Positions 51,191-60,289 of a DNA stretch of 64,000 nucleotides are shown in pieces (within the stretch, counting starts at the first letter, position 1; each line of letters starts with the position of its first letter). This DNA comes from an uncultured Verrucomicrobiota bacterium (lineage in GTDB: Bacteria > Verrucomicrobiota > Verrucomicrobiia > Limisphaerales > UBA1412). Both the position numbers and the translations under genes were made by a program. Below the pieces are notes generated by a model. That model was not told the origin of the DNA. It ran no database searches and saw nothing but the letters and a program-made list of their open reading frames with translations. The stretch covers positions 4,166 through 68,165 of the forward strand of contig CALXMK010000011.1 in assembly GCA_944389455.1 (NCBI GenBank). The letters are read 5' to 3'.

Positions 51191-54100
51191 AGAAGATTGT
51201 CGAAGAGATATCAAAAAAGAAAATGAGGAGGAATTTTCACTTCCAACCAAGGAAGGAAGAGTTGTTACTTCGTTTCGTGGCTGGTGGATATTTGGAATGC
51301 TTTGCCGGCATAAGAAGCTGCTAAGGTGTCTTTTTTATCCAGTTTTAGGATGTGGGCTATTGCTCTTTTTTATATTATTCTGGCTAGCTACGGCAGGATT
51401 ACCGGATTATGCTGCCCGCAAAGTGAGCGAGGAGCTTGAATCGAGAGGTTTTGGTTTTTCAGCGAAAAAGCTCAAGCTTTCCTGGAATCTGGGATTACAG
51501 GCGTATGGATTGAGTTTTGTATTTGACAGGGAGAGTCAGAGTGAATTCTTTTTTGATTCGGCTATTCTGAATATGGATTATCTGGGAATGTGGCGTGGAG
51601 AAAATATCATTGATTCCATTACGATTCGTTCGGGCTCTTTTCAATGGGTGCCCTCAAAGGATTCTAAAAAGGAAGAGGTCTTGAGAATTGATGATATTGC
51701 CGGAATGATGATTTTTGATGAGACAGAGAAACATGTCTGGACTTTGAAGAATCTAAGCGGAGTTTTCCGAAAGACGAAAATTCAGATTATGGGAGAGTTG
51801 AGAAATACGGATGTTCTGGGTAAGAAACGGTTAGAGAGAGAAAAAAGAAAGCATGATCCTGAATATGTCCGTAAAATCAATCGTACCATTCATGAGATTT
51901 TCACTAGCTTCTATTCGTTTCAAACGGATTTTTCACCCAAGCTGATTTTAAATTTGAATTTAGATGCTAAAGATTTGTTTTCGTCTGAGATGACATTGTT
52001 TTTCGATTTAGAAGATGTCCGTGGGCAATATGGCTGGGGAAGAAATTTTCGGATAGAGTTGGCTTTGAATGAGGTTTCGGAAAATAAGAGTCTTGGAGAG
52101 TTAACCTTAAAAGTGAGATTAGGGCAGGCGGAGAGTATTCGGTTTGATCTTTCTTTAGAAAAGGCCATTTTGGAGACAAAATTGCAGTTCTCAAAAGAGG
52201 ATATTCAACCTCATTCATTGCATATAAAAGGGACTGCGGACTGGATTTCAAGTTCTCTCTTCAATATGAAGAATTACGATTTGGATTTTTCTTGGGTATC
52301 AAGTTCTTTGCAAGATACCAATGGGATGATTTCATTGAAAGCTCAGATGGATCAATTTTGGGTTTTTGATAAGGGGAGAGTGGATCGAGTCGAGCTGACT
52401 GCAAATATCGGAGGAGATTATCGTTATAATTCTTCTGTATCAGAGATATTTCCGAGAGGATATTTTGAGGAAATTGATTGGCAAAAAGCACAAAAAATTA
52501 TTCAGCATCTTTACTTTCCGCAGGAGGCTGTCGTAAGTCTTAATCTTTCTCGTCCTGATACTTTTTGGGGGAAAGCCAATCAAGCAGAGTTGAAAATCAA
52601 TTTAATCCGTCGATCTCCTCATGATTATCAGAATTGGAATGATTCTCAATATGGGTTATGGCGTTGGATTACCCCGGTAGAAATGAAAATGAACCTTGAT
52701 TTAGACCAGCTGCATCTCTTGGAGCCGGAGTTGGAAACTGAAAAGTTGGCTTTGGATTTGCAGTGGGGGGCTCCTTATTTTCGGATAAATAAACTCTATT
52801 CTGTTCTCTATAACGGAGAGGTTGATTTTACGGGAAATCTTAATATAGAGGATCGTTATGCTAGAGGAGAGGCGGTTTCAGATTGTGACGCACATCGATT
52901 AGCCCATTTATTAGATGATCATGGACAGCGTTGGTTAAGCCAATTTGGATGGGAACCTGAGACTCCTCCAGATCTTTCAGCGAAAGCTAAAGTTCGTTTG
53001 GCGGAGTGGACTAATTTAAAGCCGGATTGGAAAAATGAGGTTTTACCTCAGTTGGAACTAGAAGGACATTTACAGGGGACCAATGTGAATTTTAAGGGAG
53101 TATCGGCTTTGAGTGCCGAGGGAAGTTTTTGTTTAACTAATGCTATCTGGACTTTGCCGGATTTTAAGGTTGTAAGGCCAGAAGGAAATATCGTTTTTTA
53201 TTATGAGAGTGACTCCAGAACACAAGATTATTATTGGGATTTTGACAGCAGCTGTAATCCCAAGGATGTTGCTCCTCTTCTCGGGGCCGGAGCGGATAAG
53301 GCTCTGCAGATGTTTGAGTTTAATTCTACTCCTCATATTACAGCCAAGCTATGGGGACGATGGAGAGATTTAACCCGGAGCGGATTGGAAGCTCGGATAA
53401 ACGCGGATAATTTTGTTTTCCGCAAGCTGCCGATTGATCATGTGCAATCTTTAGTGACATATACGAATGGATTTGTTCGGGCTGTGGATTCTCTGGTGAC
53501 TCTTCCTCCCCTTTCGCGTCCTGTCCCGGAAGGAGATCCCGTCCCTCCACTGGTGGAGGGACAGCAGCTTAGAGTTGATGAAGTAACCTATTCTGCAGAA
53601 AAAGATCAGGTTACGATTACTAACGGAGTGGCTTATCTTTATCCGGGTTTGCTGACGCGGGTAATTGGGCCCGTGACGGATGAAGCCATGAGACATTATC
53701 ATTTTGAGTTGCCACCTCATCTTCAGGTCAATGGAATGATTCCGATCAAGGAAGCAGAGCATTCTTTTATAGATTTTAAGATTACTCAAGGTACGGATCT
53801 TAATTGGTGGAAGATAAAGGCAGAGAACTTGACGGGATTAGTTCGGTGGCAAGGGGATAGACTTTGCCTGACAAATCTGAATGCTGATTTTTATGATGGG
53901 AATCTTAACGGCTGGGCACAATTTGATTTTAAGGAAAAGGGCAGTTCGGATTTTCAATTTGATGCCAGATTCCAAGATTGTTCTCTGAGCCCTTTTGCTG
54001 CCAGTTTCAGTAATAATAAGACCAATAATTTGGATGGGAAATTGTCCGGTCAATTGTTGATTCTTTCGGCCAATACTGCCGATTGGGATAGTTGGAGAGG

Positions 54101-54626
54101 ATATAGTTCTGTAAGTATTACTAATGGGCTTATCTGGGATATACCTCTTTTTGGGATTTTTTCGGATATGCTAAATAGTTTATCCCCCGGATTGGGTAAC
54201 TCCCGTGCGGATCAGGGAGGAGGAACTTTTCGGATAACTAATTCGGTTATTTGGACAGATGATATGTTAATAGCTACACCTACTTTTCAGATACACTATC
54301 AGGGAAGTATCGATTTTGATCGTAATCTTGATGCTCAAGTGGATATCGATATTCTCAGACGGTGGGGAAGTATAGGTAAAGTAATTAATTTTGTTACGTT
54401 GCCGGTACGGCGTATTTTCCGCTGTAATGTACGAGGTGTTTTGGAAGCTCCGGAGATTGAATTAACTTATATTCCCAAGCCGGTGATGATGATTTTAAGA
54501 CCGGTTAAAACGCTTAGGAATGTATTTCACTTCAATAAAGAGGATAATGAAAATGATGTCAGTGAAGAGAGTGGCATCAGTGAGGAAAACAGTACTGTCG
54601 AAGAGGTTGGCATTAATAGAGAATGA
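51180..54626 (+). CDS. AsmA-like (AsmA / TamB / YhdP clan) large envelope protein
   Basis: N-terminal anchor (LRCLFYPVLGCGLLLFFILFWLATAGL) is followed by a long beta-rich region. The C-terminus resembles AsmA_2 (NGLIWDIPLFG...GGGTFRITNSVIWTDDMLIATPTFQIHYQGSIDFDRNLDAQVDI...FRCNVRGVLEAPEIEL). The start is ambiguous: TTG 51180 overlaps the upstream stop, and ATG 51294 is the alternative. Confidence 0.55.
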   Translation: MEDREDCRRDIKKENEEEFSLPTKEGRVVTSFRGWWIFGMLCRHKKLLRCLFYPVLGCGLLLFFILFWLATAGLPDYAARKVSEELESRGFGFSAKKLKLSWNLGLQAYGLSFVFDRESQSEFFFDSAILNMDYLGMWRGENIIDSITIRSGSFQWVPSKDSKKEEVLRIDDIAGMMIFDETEKHVWTLKNLSGVFRKTKIQIMGELRNTDVLGKKRLEREKRKHDPEYVRKINRTIHEIFTSFYSFQTDFSPKLILNLNLDAKDLFSSEMTLFFDLEDVRGQYGWGRNFRIELALNEVSENKSLGELTLKVRLGQAESIRFDLSLEKAILETKLQFSKEDIQPHSLHIKGTADWISSSLFNMKNYDLDFSWVSSSLQDTNGMISLKAQMDQFWVFDKGRVDRVELTANIGGDYRYNSSVSEIFPRGYFEEIDWQKAQKIIQHLYFPQEAVVSLNLSRPDTFWGKANQAELKINLIRRSPHDYQNWNDSQYGLWRWITPVEMKMNLDLDQLHLLEPELETEKLALDLQWGAPYFRINKLYSVLYNGEVDFTGNLNIEDRYARGEAVSDCDAHRLAHLLDDHGQRWLSQFGWEPETPPDLSAKAKVRLAEWTNLKPDWKNEVLPQLELEGHLQGTNVNFKGVSALSAEGSFCLTNAIWTLPDFKVVRPEGNIVFYYESDSRTQDYYWDFDSSCNPKDVAPLLGAGADKALQMFEFNSTPHITAKLWGRWRDLTRSGLEARINADNFVFRKLPIDHVQSLVTYTNGFVRAVDSLVTLPPLSRPVPEGDPVPPLVEGQQLRVDEVTYSAEKDQVTITNGVAYLYPGLLTRVIGPVTDEAMRHYHFELPPHLQVNGMIPIKEAEHSFIDFKITQGTDLNWWKIKAENLTGLVRWQGDRLCLTNLNADFYDGNLNGWAQFDFKEKGSSDFQFDARFQDCSLSPFAASFSNNKTNNLDGKLSGQLLILSANTADWDSWRGYSSVSITNGLIWDIPLFGIFSDMLNSLSPGLGNSRADQGGGTFRITNSVIWTDDMLIATPTFQIHYQGSIDFDRNLDAQVDIDILRRWGSIGKVINFVTLPVRRIFRCNVRGVLEAPEIELTYIPKPVMMILRPVKTLRNVFHFNKEDNENDVSEESGISEENSTVEEVGINRE

Positions 54627-54674
54627 GTGAATTGTGACCACCTTGAAAGGAGAGTTTTTTAAGGGAAATAGAGT

Positions 54675-54728
54675 AATAAAACAGGAGTCAGAAAAAGTGG
54701 TATTTCCAGACTCCTGTAATAGTTTTTA
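54675..54728. terminator. Bidirectional hairpin terminator between convergent genes
   Basis: Perfect 9-bp stem: acaggagtc (54681-54689) pairs with gactcctgt (54709-54717). T-rich tracts follow on both strands. Confidence 0.65.
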
Positions 54729-54735
54729 GTGCTGT

Positions 54736-56745
54736 TTAACGCAGGAATTTTTCAGCACGCTCAGGTGTATAGAGTTCCCAGAGAGAAGCAACAACCCATC
54801 CAGGAGCAAAGATATCGTTATAATAGCCTTTGCCGTTGCGGCCGTAATCCCAATGTGTATGTTGGACAACTTCAGGATAAAATCCTTTTTTGGCAATTCC
54901 GCAAAGGTTTCCTTCAATGGGAAGTAGTTGTCCCATAGAAGAGGTGATAAGGTCTGCGACGTCGCCAAAGCGTTTTTCATCTGCTTCTTGTTCCAACCAA
55001 CGCAATACGTCGGCAAATTCAAAGATGAAGACATCGACATGGTTGTTTTCGACCGAGACGTTGCCCCAGCCGCGGGTTTTAAATCCTAAGTCACCCAGCA
55101 TTTGTCCTTGAGCAAAGGGAACATCATAAAGATAATACCAGGAGATAGCAAAGTAAGCGGCTTTGCTGGAGAGTTCTTTGTAGCGTTTAGCTTCTTCCCC
55201 TTGTGAGACCAGTGCCAAGTAGTAGGTCGCAGTAGCAGCGTAGAGAGAAGCTTCCTTATCTTCGCAATTAGCGTCGAGAGTGGAAGAGAAATAATCTGCT
55301 TTTGATATGATTTCATTTTCCAAATAGTTTGCTGTACCTTTGGCAGCACGGAGATAGCGTTCATCTTGGAAGTATTTATAGCCCATGACCAGAGGCAGAG
55401 TCGCGGAGGGAGTGCTTCCACCGCTGGAGTCTACGAGGGAAAAGTCGTCACGGAATTTGCGAGGGAAGCTTCCATCTTCATTTTGAAGTTTGATGAATTG
55501 ATCGAGCATATTGCGGATTTTATTTTCCCAGACGGGATGTTTACGGCCGCGGTCACGTTCATATTTCAAATAATGCAGTACAGCGTAAATGCCCTCGCTT
55601 TGACGACGGATACTGTGGACTGGTTCAATGTGGTTTCTGCCGAAATCGACGAATTCATTAAAGAATCCTGCTGGAGAGAATCCGTTAGTTTCATAGGTAT
55701 TGAATATGTTTTGTGCGTTTTTGACTAGTTCCGGACGGTTGTTTTGTTCGCCGTATTCAAATGCGTTGAAGGCATTGAGCAGAACTCTGCCAACAAAGCC
55801 AATTTCAGCTCTAGGAACGATATCACAAGTGGCTACACGTACGGCTTCACCAGAGTAGAAAGCAAGTGGATATTTATCCGTGTAACTTTGTACAAAGAAG
55901 TTACTCATAACCTCTTTCATTTGTTCTACTTTATAAGGAGATGAAACTTCTTTGGGGCTGTATGAGTCATAGCAGTATTGCCATGTATCCTTGATGAATG
56001 AGGAATAGTCATTGGCTTTCCCTTCGCGGATTTCCCATGTCAGTTCTATTGTTTCTCCTTTTTCAAGTTTTTCAAAGGCATAGACTGAGGGAGCCAATGT
56101 TAGCTTGCGTACATAGGAATGGGGAGTTTCCTGGTAGGGAAATCCGAAGCAGAGAGCTGTTTTGCCATCTTGATTTTCAAATCCTACATAGCCCAAATCA
56201 GTTTTTCCGGAGAGCATGATTTCTCCTTCATAGTGGGTGCTGAGAGCATCATTTTCGTATTTTGCTTTGCGGATAACAGTTGTAAAAGATTCTGTTGCTG
56301 GGTTATAAGCTCCTGTCAAAGGAGTGCTTAGACGATCGTCGCGAACGGTCCAGCTATCTGAAGTGTGAAAAGAGGGTGCGTTTCTGGGGGAACGCAAATT
56401 TTGTCGATACCAGAATCCCGGCATATAGAAATAGCTTTCTGTATGGTTATAATCAGTAGATAGTACTTGAGTTAGTCTGAACCATGTGTCTTGATTAGCC
56501 TTGATCTTAAGTATTAGCTCAGTCCCGTCACGTGTTTCTTTTAGACGGCGGGTAATTTTCAAAGGCATTTTAACATCGCTGCCTTCAGTCTGAAGCTCTC
56601 CTTTGTTATCAAAAAGGCGATATTCGCTGGATTGATTGCCAGGAACCTTAATTGAGAGTTTGGTTACAATATCCTCAGGGGCTATGGCAGCCTGAGCGGC
56701 CGTGGCGATGAGGATAGCCATTAATGAGATAAATACTTTTTTCAT
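54736..56745 (-). CDS. Secreted protein of unknown function (possible beta-sandwich + alpha/alpha-toroid carbohydrate-active enzyme)
   Basis: Signal peptide MKKVFISLMAILIATAAQA. The C-terminal half is helix-repeat-like (YLRAAKGTANYLENE..., AAYFAISWYYLYD...). No family motif recognised. Confidence 0.3.
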   Translation of the reverse strand: MKKVFISLMAILIATAAQAAIAPEDIVTKLSIKVPGNQSSEYRLFDNKGELQTEGSDVKMPLKITRRLKETRDGTELILKIKANQDTWFRLTQVLSTDYNHTESYFYMPGFWYRQNLRSPRNAPSFHTSDSWTVRDDRLSTPLTGAYNPATESFTTVIRKAKYENDALSTHYEGEIMLSGKTDLGYVGFENQDGKTALCFGFPYQETPHSYVRKLTLAPSVYAFEKLEKGETIELTWEIREGKANDYSSFIKDTWQYCYDSYSPKEVSSPYKVEQMKEVMSNFFVQSYTDKYPLAFYSGEAVRVATCDIVPRAEIGFVGRVLLNAFNAFEYGEQNNRPELVKNAQNIFNTYETNGFSPAGFFNEFVDFGRNHIEPVHSIRRQSEGIYAVLHYLKYERDRGRKHPVWENKIRNMLDQFIKLQNEDGSFPRKFRDDFSLVDSSGGSTPSATLPLVMGYKYFQDERYLRAAKGTANYLENEIISKADYFSSTLDANCEDKEASLYAATATYYLALVSQGEEAKRYKELSSKAAYFAISWYYLYDVPFAQGQMLGDLGFKTRGWGNVSVENNHVDVFIFEFADVLRWLEQEADEKRFGDVADLITSSMGQLLPIEGNLCGIAKKGFYPEVVQHTHWDYGRNGKGYYNDIFAPGWVVASLWELYTPERAEKFLR

Positions 56746-57081
56746 AGGAAGTGGTTTATTTCCTTTTATCCGGTTAATTCCGATGACTTAATGTAATTGT
56801 TTAGATAACTTTTGGCAAGAATACAGAGAAGGAAATGAGAGAAAATTCAAAACGGGTATTTTGGAATATAAAAAGAGTTATTAAGAGAGAGTTTGATAGA
56901 GTGAATAAGAGGAATTTAAAAGGATATTGTTCGAACTAAGAAAAAGACTCAGTTCCATAATAAAAAATAATTTTTCCGCTTGAGAGGGGGTTGACAGATG
57001 GTCTACACTAAGCATAGTGTGTTGTGCACTGTTTTTTATTGAGAGCATTCAATTCGTTTTGTGCATAGATAGGTCTGAGAT

Positions 57082-57837
57082 ATGAGTTTTTTTAGTACTT
57101 TATTTGGTGCCAAAAGGTCGCCTGCGGGAGGGAATATCAAGATTGAGCTAGTGACAGTTCAACCGGGAAAATTTTTAATGGGTAGTTCAGAGAAGGAAGA
57201 GGGCCGACTGCGGGATGAAATTCAGCATGAAGTCACTCTTACTCATGGGTTTAAAATTGGAAAATATCCGATTACTCAAGAAGAATGGGAAAAGGTAATG
57301 GGAAATAATCCATCCTGTTTTACCAATGTACATCCTCGAACTCCCGTTAATGGAGTCAGTTGGCATGATTGCCAGGAGTTTCTCTATCGTCTTTGCCGTA
57401 TGACAGGTAAGAATTGGCGGTTGCCTACGGAAGCGGAATGGGAATATGCCTGTCGAGCCGGGACGTTGACAGCGCTTAACAGCGGCAAAGATTTGACCGA
57501 TGATTATGAGTGTCCAAATATGAATGAGGTCGCATGGTATGGACGCAATAGTCAGAAAATTCCTCATCCTGTAGGAGAAAAGAAACCTAATGCCTGGGGG
57601 ATTTATGATATGCATGGAAATATTTACGAATGGTGTTCCGATATCTATGTTCCTTATTCTACTGCTCCTGTAACGGATCCGGTGGGCAATAGCACAGCTG
57701 ATGATGCTGCGTATGTTTTACGTGGTGGTTGCTGGCTGGTTAGTGCCCGTAGCTGCCGTTCTGCCAATCGAGGTTATGGTCATCCGGAAGACAGTCATGA
57801 AATGTACGGTTTGAGAGTTGTTTGTGACGAGAATTAA
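57082..57837 (+). CDS. FGE-sulfatase (SUMF1/EgtB/PvdO) domain protein, probably not a canonical formylglycine-generating enzyme
   Basis: GVSWHDCQEF...WRLPTEAEWEYACRAGT...NAWGIYDMHGNIYEWCSD...LRGGCW...CRSANR. It has no signal peptide and lacks the CxxxxC active-site spacing of true FGEs. Confidence 0.75.
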   Translation: MSFFSTLFGAKRSPAGGNIKIELVTVQPGKFLMGSSEKEEGRLRDEIQHEVTLTHGFKIGKYPITQEEWEKVMGNNPSCFTNVHPRTPVNGVSWHDCQEFLYRLCRMTGKNWRLPTEAEWEYACRAGTLTALNSGKDLTDDYECPNMNEVAWYGRNSQKIPHPVGEKKPNAWGIYDMHGNIYEWCSDIYVPYSTAPVTDPVGNSTADDAAYVLRGGCWLVSARSCRSANRGYGHPEDSHEMYGLRVVCDEN

Positions 57838-57865
57838 TTTCCCACAGGAATAAAAGTTTTGACTT

Positions 57866-57904
57866 TAAAAAAGATCGAACGGAATTATTCGTTCGGTCTT
57901 TTTC
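57866..57904. terminator. Bidirectional rho-independent terminator
   Basis: Stem gatcgaacg (57873-57881) pairs with cgttcggtc (57890-57898), including one G-U pair. An A-run precedes it and a T-run follows. It lies between convergent genes. Confidence 0.7.
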
Positions 57905-57952
57905 TACAATATTGTAATATTTTGACAGTCAGTGTGCGGAGGTCTGATTGTT

Positions 57953-59338
57953 TTAGCGATAGAGAACGTGGATAGCCTGTTTTTGAGAATCTTCAATGGC
58001 TTCCATAATACCTTCACTGACGCTGGGATGAGGGAATATACCTCGAAGAAGATCTGAGCGTTTGGCTTTCATGGCAATGAGGATACTCAGCATTCCGACC
58101 ATTTCAGGGGCTTGGGCCGCAACGAGCTCTATTCCCAGAAGTTGTTCATTTTCAGAGTCAAAGATGACTTTGACGAAACCTCGTTCTTCCGCTGATATAA
58201 GGGATTTGCCGTTGGCGCCCAGATTGAATTTGCCAATTTGGATTTGATGACCGGAGTCAAGAGCTTCTTTTTCCGAAAGACCGGCTTTGGCTGCGGGAGG
58301 AATGGTATAGATGCAGGAGGGGACAGAGTCAAAATTGGTGTGAACAGGTTTGCCGGCAAGAGAGTTGATAATAGCTACAGCTCTAGCGGAAGCATAGTGA
58401 GCCAATTGAATGGATCCGCGAACACAATCGCCGGCGGCATAAATTCCGGGAGAGGAGGTTTCCCCTTGTTCATTGGTAGGGATTCCCCGATCAAAGTGAA
58501 TTCCGCAGTATTCTTCCAATCCTTCAATCGAACGGGGACAGCGGCCCGTGCAGACGATAACCAGTTCCGAATCCAAAGCGGCAGATTTGCCTTTTTCTTC
58601 ATAATAAACCAAGAGATTCCCATTCTCCTGTTGAGAGATAGATTGAACTTTTGTATTAAGAATTGTTTTAATCCCGGAACGACGCAAAGCCATCCCAATA
58701 TATTTAACAGTATCTGATGGAAAAGAGGGTAGAATAGTAGGAAGACCTTCCAGAAGTGTAACTTTGCTGCCTAGCTGGCTGAAGAAGGTTGCCAGTTCAA
58801 TACCGATAACTCCTGCTCCGATAATACTGATTTGTTGATATTTTTCAAAGTTGCAGGAGAGAATGTCATCGGAGGTTTTTGCGAGTTCAATTCCGGGAAT
58901 CGAGGGAAGAGCCGGTTCTGCGCCTAGAGCGAGGAGAATATTTTCCGCTTCAATAATTTGTCCATCGGTTAAGGTAACAGTTTTGGAACCTGTAAAACGA
59001 GCTGAAGAGCAAAAGAGTGTGACTCCACGGGCTTTGAGAAGAGAGGTTATTCCGCTGGAGAGTTTTTGCACGATTTGTTCTTTACGCTGGAAAATAGCGG
59101 TAAGATCCGCCGATATTTTACCCTGAAGTCCGAAAACTCCGGAATTAACAGCGGCGGCCAATGATGTGGATTCTAACAGTGTTTTGGTAGGGATACATCC
59201 ACGATTTAGGCAGACTCCGCCGGGTTGGTGATTGTCAATTAGAGCGGTATCAATACCATAATGGGCAGCCCGCAGGGCGGCAGTATAACCGGCAGGTCCG
59301 GCCCCGATAATCAGTAGTTTTTTGCGGATAGGTGTCAT
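57953..59338 (-). CDS. lpd: Dihydrolipoyl dehydrogenase
   Basis: IIGAGPAGY FAD motif, redox-active GGVCLNRGCIPTK, NAD motif IIGAGVIGIE and C-terminal HPHPSVSE. Confidence 0.9.
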   Translation of the reverse strand: MTPIRKKLLIIGAGPAGYTAALRAAHYGIDTALIDNHQPGGVCLNRGCIPTKTLLESTSLAAAVNSGVFGLQGKISADLTAIFQRKEQIVQKLSSGITSLLKARGVTLFCSSARFTGSKTVTLTDGQIIEAENILLALGAEPALPSIPGIELAKTSDDILSCNFEKYQQISIIGAGVIGIELATFFSQLGSKVTLLEGLPTILPSFPSDTVKYIGMALRRSGIKTILNTKVQSISQQENGNLLVYYEEKGKSAALDSELVIVCTGRCPRSIEGLEEYCGIHFDRGIPTNEQGETSSPGIYAAGDCVRGSIQLAHYASARAVAIINSLAGKPVHTNFDSVPSCIYTIPPAAKAGLSEKEALDSGHQIQIGKFNLGANGKSLISAEERGFVKVIFDSENEQLLGIELVAAQAPEMVGMLSILIAMKAKRSDLLRGIFPHPSVSEGIMEAIEDSQKQAIHVLYR

Positions 59339-59474
59339 AATGCGGTGTATCTTCTATTTTTCGGATAATTCCGCCGCTGAATAACCGCGGTGGAGAATCT
59401 CTCGTAGCAATTATTTTAGCGAAAATTTTCTTTTGCGAACAGCTTGAAAATACGGAAGGAGTGAAGAGAGCGAA

Positions 59475-59510
59475 TAAAAAGATACCGACTCCCGTTTCGG
59501 AAGTCGGTAA
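59475..59510 (-). terminator. Rho-independent terminator after rbr (minus strand)
   Basis: On the minus strand, taccgacttccg...cgggagtcggta forms a stem followed by TCTTTTTATT. Confidence 0.7.
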
Positions 59511-59539
59511 TGTTCATTAACAAGAAGAAATCGTTAAAA

Positions 59540-60118
59540 CTAGATGTTAGTCTTTTTGATTTCAAAGTAAGCCTGTGGATGCAGACATGCTGGGCAAGCT
59601 TTGGGTGCTTCTTTGCCGACATGAATATATCCGCAGTTACGGCATTGCCATACGACCTCGCCGTCTTTGGCAAAGACCTTGGCTTTTTCAATATTTGACA
59701 CAAAAGCGCGATAACGCTCTTCATGATTCTTCTCGGCAACGCTGATATTACGATACATAGCCGCAATTTCAGGGAATCCTTCTTTCTGAGCTATTTCGGC
59801 AAATTTAGGATAGGCTTCAGCCCATTCTTCATGCTCACCGTTTGCAGCGGCTTGAAGATTTTCCAAGGTTGTGCCGATAACTCCAGCAGGATAGCAGGCA
59901 GTGATTTCCACTGTGCCGCCTTCCAGATATTTGAACATGCGTTTGGCGTGTTCTTTTTCCTGATTAGCAGTCTCAGTGAAGATATCAGAAATTTGTTCAA
60001 AACCTTCTTTTTTGGCGACGCTTGCAAAGAATGTATAACGATTCCTTGCTTGAGATTCACCGGCAAAAGATGTTAATAAATTTTTTTCTGTCTGTGTACC
60101 TTTAATACTTTTATTCAT
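59540..60118 (-). CDS. rbr: Rubrerythrin
   Basis: N-terminal ferritin-like diiron domain (GESQARNRY...EKEHAKR...EHEEW...AEKNHEERY). C-terminal rubredoxin-like CRNCG...CPAC. Confidence 0.93.
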   Translation of the reverse strand: MNKSIKGTQTEKNLLTSFAGESQARNRYTFFASVAKKEGFEQISDIFTETANQEKEHAKRMFKYLEGGTVEITACYPAGVIGTTLENLQAAANGEHEEWAEAYPKFAEIAQKEGFPEIAAMYRNISVAEKNHEERYRAFVSNIEKAKVFAKDGEVVWQCRNCGYIHVGKEAPKACPACLHPQAYFEIKKTNI

Positions 60119-60134
60119 AATTTATTTGGCTAAG

Positions 60135-60180
60135 TCAGAGATAATAATAGGTCTCTATAGAGAAATAAGATTATCTCTGA
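60135..60180. promoter_or_regulatory. 46-bp imperfect palindrome immediately upstream of rbr (candidate operator or leader hairpin)
   Basis: The outer arms tcagagataat (60135-60145) / attatctctga (60170-60180) are perfect. The inner palindrome tctctatagaga (60152-60163) shares the same centre. 19 of 23 positions per half-site are complementary. Confidence 0.45.
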
Positions 60181-60289
60181 GGGTAATTCGGATTAACCAC
60201 CCTTTTGTTAAAGGATAACACATTACTAGAAGTAGGTCAAGTTTTTGAGTGATTTGATTAAAATAAAATCAGTTTTTTGAAGATAGAGA

